IMG/VR virus record: IMGVR_UViG_3300021376_000011
Source of the DNA: an uncultured virus (IMG/VR IMGVR_UViG_3300021376_000011)
Lineage: Duplodnaviria > Heunggongvirae > Uroviricota > Caudoviricetes
Length of the DNA: 20,000 nt
Strand: one strand, 5' to 3'
This document shows positions 1 to 8,666 of the stretch, piece after piece. The notes beneath the pieces are model-generated. The model worked only from the letters and a program-made list of their open reading frames with translations, ran no database searches and was not told where the DNA came from. Each line of letters starts with the position of its first letter. The stretch's first letter is position 1. The translations under genes and the position numbers were made by a program.

Positions 1-384
1 AGATTCCCAAACACTACCTTCAGCACACTCACCATCACTTAATAACACATATACTTTTCTATTTAGATTAGCAATTGCTCTTCCTAGGGCAATAGTAATA
101 CCTAAACCCAAACTACCTGTTGAGCAACATATACCCGCTTCTTCATCCCAATGTGGGTGTCCACCATGTTTTAAAAATAATGCTTCAGCATCTTGTCCTC
201 TATATTTTTCCAAGCAAACGTATAATGCTAATGCGGCATGGCCTGATGATAAGATGAATATATCATCTTTATTCATTTTTTGATAGATACTATCAATTAT
301 TTCTAGTGCTGAGAAATAACTACCAAGATGACCTAATTTATGTTTATAGGCGATTTCAACTATTCGTTTCTTTAGCTCTACCAT
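1..384 (-). CDS. Transketolase N-terminal (ThDP-binding) subunit, partial (continues past the left edge)
   Basis: Not in the ORF track; translated by hand from ATG at 384: MVELKKRIVEIAYKHKLGHLGSYFSALEII...FILSSGHAALALY...GGHP...CSTGSLGLG...VLLSDGECAEGSVWES. GH-x-G, S-x-GH, TGSLG and (G/S)DGE-x-x-EG-x-x-WE are transketolase N-domain motifs. The start overlaps the upstream stop (ATGGTAG). Confidence 0.9.
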   Translation of the reverse strand, partial: MVELKKRIVEIAYKHKLGHLGSYFSALEIIDSIYQKMNKDDIFILSSGHAALALYVCLEKYRGQDAEALFLKHGGHPHWDEEAGICCSTGSLGLGITIALGRAIANLNRKVYVLLSDGECAEGSVWES

Positions 385-1325
385 ATAAATTTATTTTTAT
401 AATATTCTACTATTTTTATTATTTCATCATCAAAATTTTTCAATGGTGTCCAACCTAATGACCTCATTTTAGAATCGTTTAATGAATATCTCATATCCAT
501 ACCGGGTCTGGAATATGTTAAATCAATAAAATCATTTGGGTCGTCTTTACCATGGTAAATTTTCACTATTTTACTCACGGTTTCGTAATTTGTCTGTTCG
601 TAATTTGATGAGATATTAAAAATCTCATTTACTCTATTTGAATTTATTATTGTTATTACGGCCCTTGCAGTATCTTCAGCGTGTAACCAATTTCTAATTG
701 GGAAACCATTGTTATGTAAAGGTATTTTTCTACCTAATATTAGATATTTGCAAGTTTTTGGTATAAGTTTTTCAACGTATTGACCAACACCATAATTGTT
801 TGTTGGTCGAATAATTACATATGGTAAGTTATACGTCCTACCCCACGCAACTATTAATTGGTCTGCGGCTGATTTGGTTGCAGAATAAGGATTACTTGGT
901 TTTAAGATATCATCTTCATTGTGTTCACCATTAAGTATATCACCATATACCTCATCGGTACTAAAATGTAATAAAACAGGTGTCTTTGACGTTTCTAAAC
1001 GATATGTTCTAATTAATTCCAATAAATTATGGACACCATTAATATTACTTGAGACAAATTCATTACTATTTGATATTGAATTACCAACGTGGGTTTCTGC
1101 TGCGGTATTAATCACATAGTCACAATCATATAAAAATTTTAAATCATTAATATCACTTTTAACAAATGTGAAATTTTTATATTCATTAAATTCTTTTAAT
1201 AATTCTTTATTTGATGCATATGTCATTTTATCAACACCCATAACATACCACCCTAAATTCAGACATTCTCTTGTAATATGAGAACCAATAAAACCTAAAC
1301 AACCTGTTATGTAAACTACCTTCAT
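378..1325 (-). CDS. rfbB: NDP-glucose 4,6-dehydratase (dTDP-glucose 4,6-dehydratase-like extended SDR)
   Basis: TGCLGFIG Rossmann motif, DKMTYAS, AAETHV, STDEVYG, PSNPYSATK (YxxxK), NNYG..Q..EKLIP, RNWLH, RPG.D.RY: the RmlB/RfbB signature set. The nucleotide specificity is not provable from sequence. Confidence 0.88.
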   Translation of the reverse strand: MKVVYITGCLGFIGSHITRECLNLGWYVMGVDKMTYASNKELLKEFNEYKNFTFVKSDINDLKFLYDCDYVINTAAETHVGNSISNSNEFVSSNINGVHNLLELIRTYRLETSKTPVLLHFSTDEVYGDILNGEHNEDDILKPSNPYSATKSAADQLIVAWGRTYNLPYVIIRPTNNYGVGQYVEKLIPKTCKYLILGRKIPLHNNGFPIRNWLHAEDTARAVITIINSNRVNEIFNISSNYEQTNYETVSKIVKIYHGKDDPNDFIDLTYSRPGMDMRYSLNDSKMRSLGWTPLKNFDDEIIKIVEYYKNKFIW

Positions 1326-2464
1326 TAATTAAAAAATTTTATAATTTTATCTGTCACGTAATCAACATCATCAATATTCATCCCATGGTGTGCACCAAGT
1401 AAAAACCCATTTCTCATAATCATGTCTGAGTTTTTAAATGACTTTAAATAATTTCTATACGCTGGATGTCTTGTAACATTACCAGCAAAAGTTACTCTTG
1501 TTTGTATATTATTTTCCTCTAAGAAATGAAGTAAATCGTACCTGTACTCACTTTGTAGTGGGATAGCCAACCAATTGGGTTTTATTGAATCATCGGGTAA
1601 AATAATGTCACCAACACCTCTTAAATTATTAATGTATCTTTCTATATTATTTCGTCTTATTTGTTCAAAATTTTTAAATCTATCTAATTGTACTAAACCA
1701 AATGCCGCATTCATTTCCGAACTTTTAAAATTATAACCCAACACCGAATACAAGAATTTGTGGTCGTAAGGAATTCCGTCAACAGAATGGTTAAATCTGT
1801 CAGACATTATTTCAGAATTATCTCCTAACCTTCCCCAATCTCTGTATTGTAAGCATACGTCTCTTAATTTGGTGTCATTGAACATAACCATACCCCCCGA
1901 ACCACCAGCTGTAATCACATGACTAGCGTAAAAACTTGTTGTTGAGATGTCCGATTCTAATGTGTGAGTTATAGTGTCAGCAGAATCCTCAATTAAAATA
2001 ATATCCCCTCTACCAATTTCGATTAAACATTCTTTTAATAATTTCCAATTGGGTTTGTTACCAATAAGATTTGGTAGCATAATGACTTTAACTTCATTAT
2101 CAACCAAAGAAATTATTTCACTTACAGTTGGTACATAAGAGTTTATACCAACATCACAAAATACAGGTATTAAACCTAATTGAATTATAGGTGCTAAAGT
2201 TGTTGAAAATGTACAAGAGGGTGTAATCACCTTAGTTCCCTTGTTTAATTGTAAACAAGCTAATGATAATAAACAGGCGGACGAACCGCTGTTCACAAAA
2301 ACACCGAATTTTTTACCAAAAAAACGACTAATTCTTTCTTCAAATTCAATCGTTTTAGGTCCAAATCCGGCAATCCAACCATCTCTTAAACAATTAACAA
2401 CCGCTTGTATTTCCTCCTCACCATATGACTCAAACTTATTAGGTGCGTACCATATTTTTTTCAT
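1325..2464 (-). CDS. DegT/DnrJ/EryC1/StrS-family PLP/PMP enzyme, NDP-4-keto-6-deoxyhexose 3-dehydratase type (RfbH/DdhC/ColD-like)
   Basis: VNSGSSA, IEDSAD, and SFYASHVITAGGSGG with His where aminotransferases have the Schiff-base Lys; RDWGR...YDHKFLY..LGYNFK resembles E1/RfbH; FAGNVTRHPAY. Confidence 0.85.
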   Translation of the reverse strand: MKKIWYAPNKFESYGEEEIQAVVNCLRDGWIAGFGPKTIEFEERISRFFGKKFGVFVNSGSSACLLSLACLQLNKGTKVITPSCTFSTTLAPIIQLGLIPVFCDVGINSYVPTVSEIISLVDNEVKVIMLPNLIGNKPNWKLLKECLIEIGRGDIILIEDSADTITHTLESDISTTSFYASHVITAGGSGGMVMFNDTKLRDVCLQYRDWGRLGDNSEIMSDRFNHSVDGIPYDHKFLYSVLGYNFKSSEMNAAFGLVQLDRFKNFEQIRRNNIERYINNLRGVGDIILPDDSIKPNWLAIPLQSEYRYDLLHFLEENNIQTRVTFAGNVTRHPAYRNYLKSFKNSDMIMRNGFLLGAHHGMNIDDVDYVTDKIIKFFN

Positions 2465-2473
2465 AATGTTTTT

Positions 2474-3319
2474 TTACATCCAACCTAATTGAATAAATCT
2501 CATGTGGTTGTCGTCAATATTTTGATTCCTGTGTATGTTACAACCCTCGATACCTTCGTGTGTTGTATGTCTGATTACTGGAAATGTGGTGACACCACCT
2601 TTTTCTCTCCATTGTTCAATGGTGATAAGTGGTTCTTCGTCACTGTAAAATCTAACCAATTTCTTAAATCCATGTTTACCCATGTATGCAGAAAATGATA
2701 CGTCATCATTCCATGATACGTCCATAAACTCCTTATATAAATCATCTTGGAAAAAATATCTTTGATAAGAAATTGTTTTATAGTGTTGTAAAAATTTTAC
2801 ATACACGTCTTTATAAACGGAAACAACAAAAGTGTTTCTAACATCATCAAAATCACTCGGGTTCTCACATCTACTTCCATCATATCCACAAGCGGTGTCA
2901 GTATAGGTTTCTTGATTTTTAACTTGTTCTTCAACCATCTTGGGGTGATAAACTAAATCATCATCACATACAATCAAAATAGCGTCTCTTTCGGTAACTC
3001 TTTTTAAGGTGGGAACTAACTTTGTCATAGTACCTAAATCATCTAAACCTTCAAAAATTTTAAATTTAGGATGTTGTTGTGACAACTCTTTCATCCATTC
3101 TGGTATAACGTAAGGTTCACCGGTTAATTTACTTACAGACGGTACGTTTAAATGTATTTCATATTCACCATTATATTCTTGTTCTATTAATGATTTAATA
3201 TTACTTTTTATCCCTGTATCATATTCCGCCGAAAGTCTTGATGGGATTGTTGTTAATGTTACGATAACTCTTCTCTTATGTTTCATAATTAAATTTTTAA
3301 TTGTATTCAGAATTGACAT
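2474..3319 (-). CDS. Putative GT-A fold glycosyltransferase (paralog of 3323-4174)
   Basis: N-terminal VIVTLTTIPSR, DLGTMTKL, IVCDDDLVY (DxD-type) and NDDV; the same motif order as the neighbouring ORF. Confidence 0.7.
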   Translation of the reverse strand: MSILNTIKNLIMKHKRRVIVTLTTIPSRLSAEYDTGIKSNIKSLIEQEYNGEYEIHLNVPSVSKLTGEPYVIPEWMKELSQQHPKFKIFEGLDDLGTMTKLVPTLKRVTERDAILIVCDDDLVYHPKMVEEQVKNQETYTDTACGYDGSRCENPSDFDDVRNTFVVSVYKDVYVKFLQHYKTISYQRYFFQDDLYKEFMDVSWNDDVSFSAYMGKHGFKKLVRFYSDEEPLITIEQWREKGGVTTFPVIRHTTHEGIEGCNIHRNQNIDDNHMRFIQLGWM

Positions 3320-3322
3320 AAT

Positions 3323-4174
3323 TTATTTTTGAGTGTAAATTTTATTGTTATTTTGGGTAAATTCATCAAAAATTCTATCATGCATATAACCCATATGGTG
3401 ACCGCATTGAGCTCTAAACTCATTAAATCCCGAATCAGGAAATAATATCTGTCTTACGATTGGGAAAGAATGTGAACCTCTTCCATTATTGTTTACAGAC
3501 CTCCAGTCCGTCTCATTTTCCCAAGTTGCAACAATATATGGTCTTTCCCTTAATCTAAAATAATAACCTGTTAATACATCATCATTTGTTGCCATGGATA
3601 AAAATGATTCATCCATAAAATCATCACTAAAGTAATTTCTTAGATAAGATACCGAATGCCAATGACCGGGTTGAATAACTTGACCATCGTATTTTATTGG
3701 GAAATAAAAATGTGTAGGACTTAAGGTATATTTAACAATACCATCACTGTCTAACCACTCTCTTTTTTCAATACAATTATCACCCCTGAAACAAATCATA
3801 GCTTCAGGGTATTGAGACATCTTTTTTAAATGGTATTCTAACATGTCTTCGTGGTAAACATGGTCATCATCACAAACAATCATTATGTCGTCGGGATTTG
3901 TGATATAGAGTAACGCTCCTGTAATTTTAACCACGGGACCATAATCTTTCTCAACGCGATTAATTATTAATTTAGAATTTTTATTTACAAAATCAATTAA
4001 GTCATTTGAGATGATGTATTCTTCATCGTTATTATTTTTATACTTGTATGGTATATTTAACAATACTTTGTAATCTTTATCTGTCTTCTGATTCAAAAGA
4101 GAGGTCAGATTTTCTTTAAATGAATCCCAAAGATTTATTCTTTTAGGTACTGTTGTAAGTGAAATGTAAATCAT
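3323..4174 (-). CDS. Putative GT-A fold glycosyltransferase (paralog of 2474-3319)
   Basis: IYISLTTVPKR, DYGPVVKI, IVCDDDHVYH, NDDV. Confidence 0.7.
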   Translation of the reverse strand: MIYISLTTVPKRINLWDSFKENLTSLLNQKTDKDYKVLLNIPYKYKNNNDEEYIISNDLIDFVNKNSKLIINRVEKDYGPVVKITGALLYITNPDDIMIVCDDDHVYHEDMLEYHLKKMSQYPEAMICFRGDNCIEKREWLDSDGIVKYTLSPTHFYFPIKYDGQVIQPGHWHSVSYLRNYFSDDFMDESFLSMATNDDVLTGYYFRLRERPYIVATWENETDWRSVNNNGRGSHSFPIVRQILFPDSGFNEFRAQCGHHMGYMHDRIFDEFTQNNNKIYTQK

Positions 4175-4175
4175 G

Positions 4176-4961
4176 TTATAGTTTGTTTATTAATTTTATA
4201 AAATCTAAAGAATGTTCGGGTCTATTTAAATCGTTTTTTCTATCATATTCGGGATTTGGGTAATTGTTCATATCTAAATCAACTTTTTTACCACTTTTAA
4301 AAGTGTCTAAAAATCTACTTAGAGTCGACTTATTATTCGCGACCAGTGTTTTATTTATGAACGTCATTTCCAATATGTGTGGTAAAGTAATATCAAGTCC
4401 ATATTCTGAGTATGGAGATGAACCCGCATAATTGTTACAATGAATATGACAATGATAAAAATATTCGTTAATTTTTTTAAGTACGTCAAAATACTCTTGT
4501 AGTAATCTTGGGTTGTCAATTGGGTGAAACTCCACAACAATTCCCGTTACGATTTCTGATAATCTTTTTATATCAGAATTTAAAAAGAAGGGGAATTCTG
4601 CACCCTCAATATCCATTTTTAAAAAAACTTGTTCTTTAATGCCACTCTGTTCATAGTGAGCAAAGAATGTATCTAAATCGGTTTCTTTTTGGTAAGACAA
4701 ACCCTCTTTTTTAAACACCATTAGGTGTTGTAAATCATGAGGAATACCCGCACCTTCCACTGTGTGGTCATATGAGAATGAAGGTTTATTAGTTTTTCTT
4801 ACGTAATCAATTTCAAATGAAATATCAGAACCAACTCCATAAGAGAATAATGCTGCACTTGAATCTAATATTATTTGGGGAGCAACATAACCACCATCCC
4901 ATTCATTTCCCAATCTAACTTTGGGTGACTTAACGTCGTATAATTTTAATTGCTCAATCAT
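4176..4961 (-). CDS. FkbM/Methyltransf_22-like SAM-dependent methyltransferase
   Basis: RLGNEWDGGY, SYGVGSDISFE, LKMDIEGAEF, IVVEFH, HIHCNN, LEMTF: the motif series of FkbM/METTL24-like O-methyltransferases. Confidence 0.8.
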   Translation of the reverse strand: MIEQLKLYDVKSPKVRLGNEWDGGYVAPQIILDSSAALFSYGVGSDISFEIDYVRKTNKPSFSYDHTVEGAGIPHDLQHLMVFKKEGLSYQKETDLDTFFAHYEQSGIKEQVFLKMDIEGAEFPFFLNSDIKRLSEIVTGIVVEFHPIDNPRLLQEYFDVLKKINEYFYHCHIHCNNYAGSSPYSEYGLDITLPHILEMTFINKTLVANNKSTLSRFLDTFKSGKKVDLDMNNYPNPEYDRKNDLNRPEHSLDFIKLINKL

Positions 4962-4978
4962 TTTTTCTTTATCTTTAA

Positions 4979-5608
4979 TTATAGTAATCCCATTTTTTCA
5001 AAAAAATCAAATAGTCTATCTCTATCAGTTATATGTACTTCACCATCTGACCATTCTTTTACCATGTAACCTTCGTTATCACAGTATAATGAATGTACAT
5101 CAATGTATGGGTAGTTATTTTCTTTACATTTTTCTTTTAATAAATCATTTATTTTTTGAACGTAACGTAATCTATCACTGTCTAATCCAATTACAGGGTA
5201 TTGTTCTTGGAATCGACTATGGTCATAATTACCTGTGAGATACCTTATTGTGGGAACGACACTCATTATTGCAATTTCATGATAATTTGCGTTTTTAATT
5301 GATTCAAAATAGTTTGAAACTAATGTGTTTATTACTTCATCTTCATTTCTACCGTTCACATTAATCTGATTCCATAAATGACATCGACAATCTATTTCAC
5401 CAAACGCCAACACCCACAAACCTTCTCTTGAAACTTCACCTCTCGGAATGTAATAGTTATCAAAGTTTTCTTCTAAACCATCTCTACCAACTCTATGCAT
5501 GGTTATTGGTCCAACGTTTAGTGTCCCTATTTTTGGGTGACCAATATGAAAAGTGTTTGAATGCGAATCACCGATTACCCATATTTTTTCATATTTTTTA
5601 TAATTCAC
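4979..5608 (-). CDS. SGNH/GDSL-fold protein (possible sugar O-acetyl esterase/transferase)
   Basis: Block I IGDSH, FGEIDCR (block III-like) and C-terminal DGEVH (DxxH-like). Confidence 0.65.
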   Translation of the reverse strand: MNYKKYEKIWVIGDSHSNTFHIGHPKIGTLNVGPITMHRVGRDGLEENFDNYYIPRGEVSREGLWVLAFGEIDCRCHLWNQINVNGRNEDEVINTLVSNYFESIKNANYHEIAIMSVVPTIRYLTGNYDHSRFQEQYPVIGLDSDRLRYVQKINDLLKEKCKENNYPYIDVHSLYCDNEGYMVKEWSDGEVHITDRDRLFDFFEKMGLL

Positions 5609-6642
5609 TATAAAAGTTTATCTAAGTTTATTAATTCATCAACAAATAGTTTTGAATAAGAATCTAATCTTGAATTTTCCTCATACCATTTTCTACCATT
5701 TTGACCAATAAATTCTACCAATTTCGGTTTGTTTTTTAATTCTTCAAATTTTTCAATATAAGCGTTCGCTAATCTGGGAAAATCAGACAAATCATCACAA
5801 TCAACTTTAGCATAATGATAATTAGGAATCAATTTATTATGATATTGAATAGCTAATTCAGGTCTTATAACCGCACAACCCAAACCCATACCGTCAATTA
5901 AACGACCTGATATTTCTACCACTGAGTTTACGTCCATAATGATAGAATATTGTGAAAGTTCTATCATAAATTCATCACCCGTTAACCTATCGGGATAAAA
6001 AATGTTAAACCTATCATCAAAATGTCTCAAGTATTCCCTAAACGGGGCATTACCACCTCTTAAAAACAATTTTTCGGGTATTTTCCTATCGACCCTATTG
6101 TATAACTTTTCAATTTCAATCATACCACTTTTAAAATATGTTGACATGGTACACGGTGTGTAGACATATTCCAAACAATTTTTTTTATACCCCTCTTCAT
6201 CGGTACAATCAAATGGTATCATTGGTTTATAATGTACGACATCAAAATTAATGCCCACAGGTTGAAACACATCAACACAATTATCTAAATCCCAACCCCA
6301 AGGCGATTCGCCCTTTGTTATATAATACCCCCTATCGCAATACGATATTATCATAAACTTTCCCGTTTTTGGATTTTTTATGACAGGTGTGGCAATACCA
6401 TATGCGGGGCAACAACAATCTTTGTTTATTAATCTTGTATTAATTGGTATGAATTCAATTTCTGGATATTTTTTAATTAAACTTCTAAGAATTTCTATGG
6501 GACATATTTGATGCATATATTCTACACCATCGTATGTAATGTCGGGATTTTTAATATCGTCTGCGTCGAATTCACTAAACCCGTCAACCCCCGTAACTTG
6601 AGGAAAATCTAAATAAAATTCTATTTTTTTGATTGACGACAT
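5608..6642 (-). CDS. Putative glycosyltransferase with a GT-B-like C-terminal domain
   Basis: C-terminal KLFLRGG..FR...FMIELSQYSIIMD...SGRLIDGMGLGCAVI...LIPNYHY...IGQNGRKWYE resembles Glyco_trans_1_2/GT90-like nucleotide-sugar-binding domains; lies in the glycan operon with TAATG overlaps at both ends. Confidence 0.55.
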   Translation of the reverse strand: MSSIKKIEFYLDFPQVTGVDGFSEFDADDIKNPDITYDGVEYMHQICPIEILRSLIKKYPEIEFIPINTRLINKDCCCPAYGIATPVIKNPKTGKFMIISYCDRGYYITKGESPWGWDLDNCVDVFQPVGINFDVVHYKPMIPFDCTDEEGYKKNCLEYVYTPCTMSTYFKSGMIEIEKLYNRVDRKIPEKLFLRGGNAPFREYLRHFDDRFNIFYPDRLTGDEFMIELSQYSIIMDVNSVVEISGRLIDGMGLGCAVIRPELAIQYHNKLIPNYHYAKVDCDDLSDFPRLANAYIEKFEELKNKPKLVEFIGQNGRKWYEENSRLDSYSKLFVDELINLDKLL

Positions 6643-7385
6643 TAATTACCAAATAATTTAGAAAAAAGACCCGTTTTATTATTTTCTAAATCAGAATTTT
6701 TTACAAAAACAGTTTGTCTACCCCATAGAACTTTGATATATCCGTTTTCTAATAGATATGGTGTAAGGTATTTGTCTTTTCCACCTAAATCCGTATCAAA
6801 ATCGGTGTCATCAATTGAAATCAGATGATTGTCAGCCAATTTATCTTTCGCGGCCATAAACGCCTCTAAATGTTTCTCAGCAAAATTATCAGTACCCACA
6901 TCCCAACCATCTAAAAATAATAAATCAATTTTCTTATTGAAATTTTTCAAAAACTCAATACCATCATGTGGAATGTGCATATGTAAATTACTTGGTATTG
7001 GTTCTTTAATGTGATGTTCATAAGAACTCTCAATTTCTTGTTTACACATTTGGTCGATATCAACCGTATGTACTTCAAAACCTTCTCTAACCCAAAAATA
7101 AGTTGAATGACCATCTTGACAACATGGGGGAGCGTCTTTACTTTCCAATTTCATTGAGTTATTATGATAAGAAATACAACTCTGAGTCAATTCTCTTCTT
7201 GTTGAACCAATTTCAACGATAACATTACCTTCAATTATTTTCAATAACTCTACGGTTTTTGTAATCCAAGGTGCGGGGTAATTTCTAATACTATTTTCCT
7301 CGTGCGTTAAAATATTGTGGTCCCAATAGTATGTTGTTTTTTTAAAATTACTACATGCTTTTAATACTTCTGTAAATTTGCTCAT
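6642..7385 (-). CDS. Class I SAM-dependent methyltransferase (Methyltransf_24-like)
   Basis: IVEIGSTR (motif I), VHTVDID, DGIEFL, IDLLFLDG, ISIDDT and GK. Confidence 0.75.
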   Translation of the reverse strand: MSKFTEVLKACSNFKKTTYYWDHNILTHEENSIRNYPAPWITKTVELLKIIEGNVIVEIGSTRRELTQSCISYHNNSMKLESKDAPPCCQDGHSTYFWVREGFEVHTVDIDQMCKQEIESSYEHHIKEPIPSNLHMHIPHDGIEFLKNFNKKIDLLFLDGWDVGTDNFAEKHLEAFMAAKDKLADNHLISIDDTDFDTDLGGKDKYLTPYLLENGYIKVLWGRQTVFVKNSDLENNKTGLFSKLFGN

Positions 7386-7389
7386 TTTT

Positions 7390-8658
7390 TTAATTATTTA
7401 AATTTATTTCTTTTCTTTCTACCCATCCTCTTTCAGGTGAGTGAGCCCAATAAACGACTCTTTTTGGTTCTTTTTCAATCAAAAACATTTCTTCGTAGTG
7501 AATTGGTCCATCACCATTTAAAAATTTTTGTAAATTATGACCATCAATGTACTTGTTAAATATTGATAACCCATTTTCATCATCATACGCTACCAATATA
7601 AAATCATAATCATTTTCAGGTAGGTCATTTCTATCAATATTAACTAAATAGTAAAATGATTTCATAAATGATTCCTCCCACTCTTCCTCTGTATCAAATT
7701 GTGGATTAGGTGGGAATTTATCGTCAATTGTCCACTTTTGAAACGCTCTTTTCTTGAAATGAATACCCGCATATTTTTCATAGTCACGAATAGTCCTATC
7801 AGTTCCCAACCCATATGGTCCTAAATCGTGACCATTATCCTCAGTGCACAATAGTTGTCTAATTCTTGAACGAGCAACGTCATTACCTTTCCACCACATA
7901 CTTTCACCCCGTTTATGTTGGTCATCCCATACCAATTTACCAGCGCGTTCTTCTCTCATGGTTGCGTGCCATATAACAACTTGATGTGGGTGAAACAAAT
8001 CGTATCCATGTGTAAAACTCCGAACCGAAAGATTGATTTCTTCACCAGCAAAAAAGATATTTGGGTCGTGCCTAACTTCTTTAGCCCATTTATTAGGACC
8101 AAAACAAAAATGACCACTTAAGAATCTGGCGGGATATGGTTTTGTCAAGTCTTGCCAACCACCACGAACACCGGCAGGTCTTATGAATATTGTACCATGT
8201 GGGTAAAAACATTCAGCTCTTGAGAACCAAGGTTCGTGAACTCTTTTTTCAGGGTCATTAAACGGGTCATAGTAAGGTAAATAACCACAAATAAGTGGAT
8301 TATGTCCATCCTCCTTTAATTCGTGATACCAACCAATCAATTTAGAATCCCAATTCTCAGAAAATCTATGATGAGAGTCTAATTGACAAACAAAATCTTC
8401 ATCGGTTAACAATTCTTCATTAATGACAGAACGTGCATACGCTAAACCTTTTGCTTCGGTATAATGAATGTCTTTTATTTTAAATCGTGGGTCATCTCTA
8501 TACTCATCAACATTATCAAAACCATCCTCGGGGTTAAATTGTCGACAAATACCAAAGTGAATTCTTTCGGGAAACTGGGCGTTTTCTAACGCACTTTTTA
8601 TTGTAGGTAATAACTCAGGTTCCCTATATGCTGGTAAATGAACTAATATTTTTTCCAT
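7390..8658 (-). CDS. GT60 / Gnt1-like (Skp1-type) GlcNAc transferase homolog, copy 2
   Basis: ILVHLPAYRE, AKGLAYAR, CQLDSHHRF..NWD, FLSGHFCF, HDPNIFFAGEEI.LSVRSFTHGYDLF: the GT60 (Pfam GlcNAc) signature with its DSH motif. Confidence 0.8.
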   Translation of the reverse strand: MEKILVHLPAYREPELLPTIKSALENAQFPERIHFGICRQFNPEDGFDNVDEYRDDPRFKIKDIHYTEAKGLAYARSVINEELLTDEDFVCQLDSHHRFSENWDSKLIGWYHELKEDGHNPLICGYLPYYDPFNDPEKRVHEPWFSRAECFYPHGTIFIRPAGVRGGWQDLTKPYPARFLSGHFCFGPNKWAKEVRHDPNIFFAGEEINLSVRSFTHGYDLFHPHQVVIWHATMREERAGKLVWDDQHKRGESMWWKGNDVARSRIRQLLCTEDNGHDLGPYGLGTDRTIRDYEKYAGIHFKKRAFQKWTIDDKFPPNPQFDTEEEWEESFMKSFYYLVNIDRNDLPENDYDFILVAYDDENGLSIFNKYIDGHNLQKFLNGDGPIHYEEMFLIEKEPKRVVYWAHSPERGWVERKEINLNN

Positions 8659-8666
8659 ATATTTTA

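Noticed and set aside
1325..2464. Annotation as a sugar aminotransferase
   Set aside because: The Schiff-base Lys position holds His, which indicates the 3-dehydratase subgroup.
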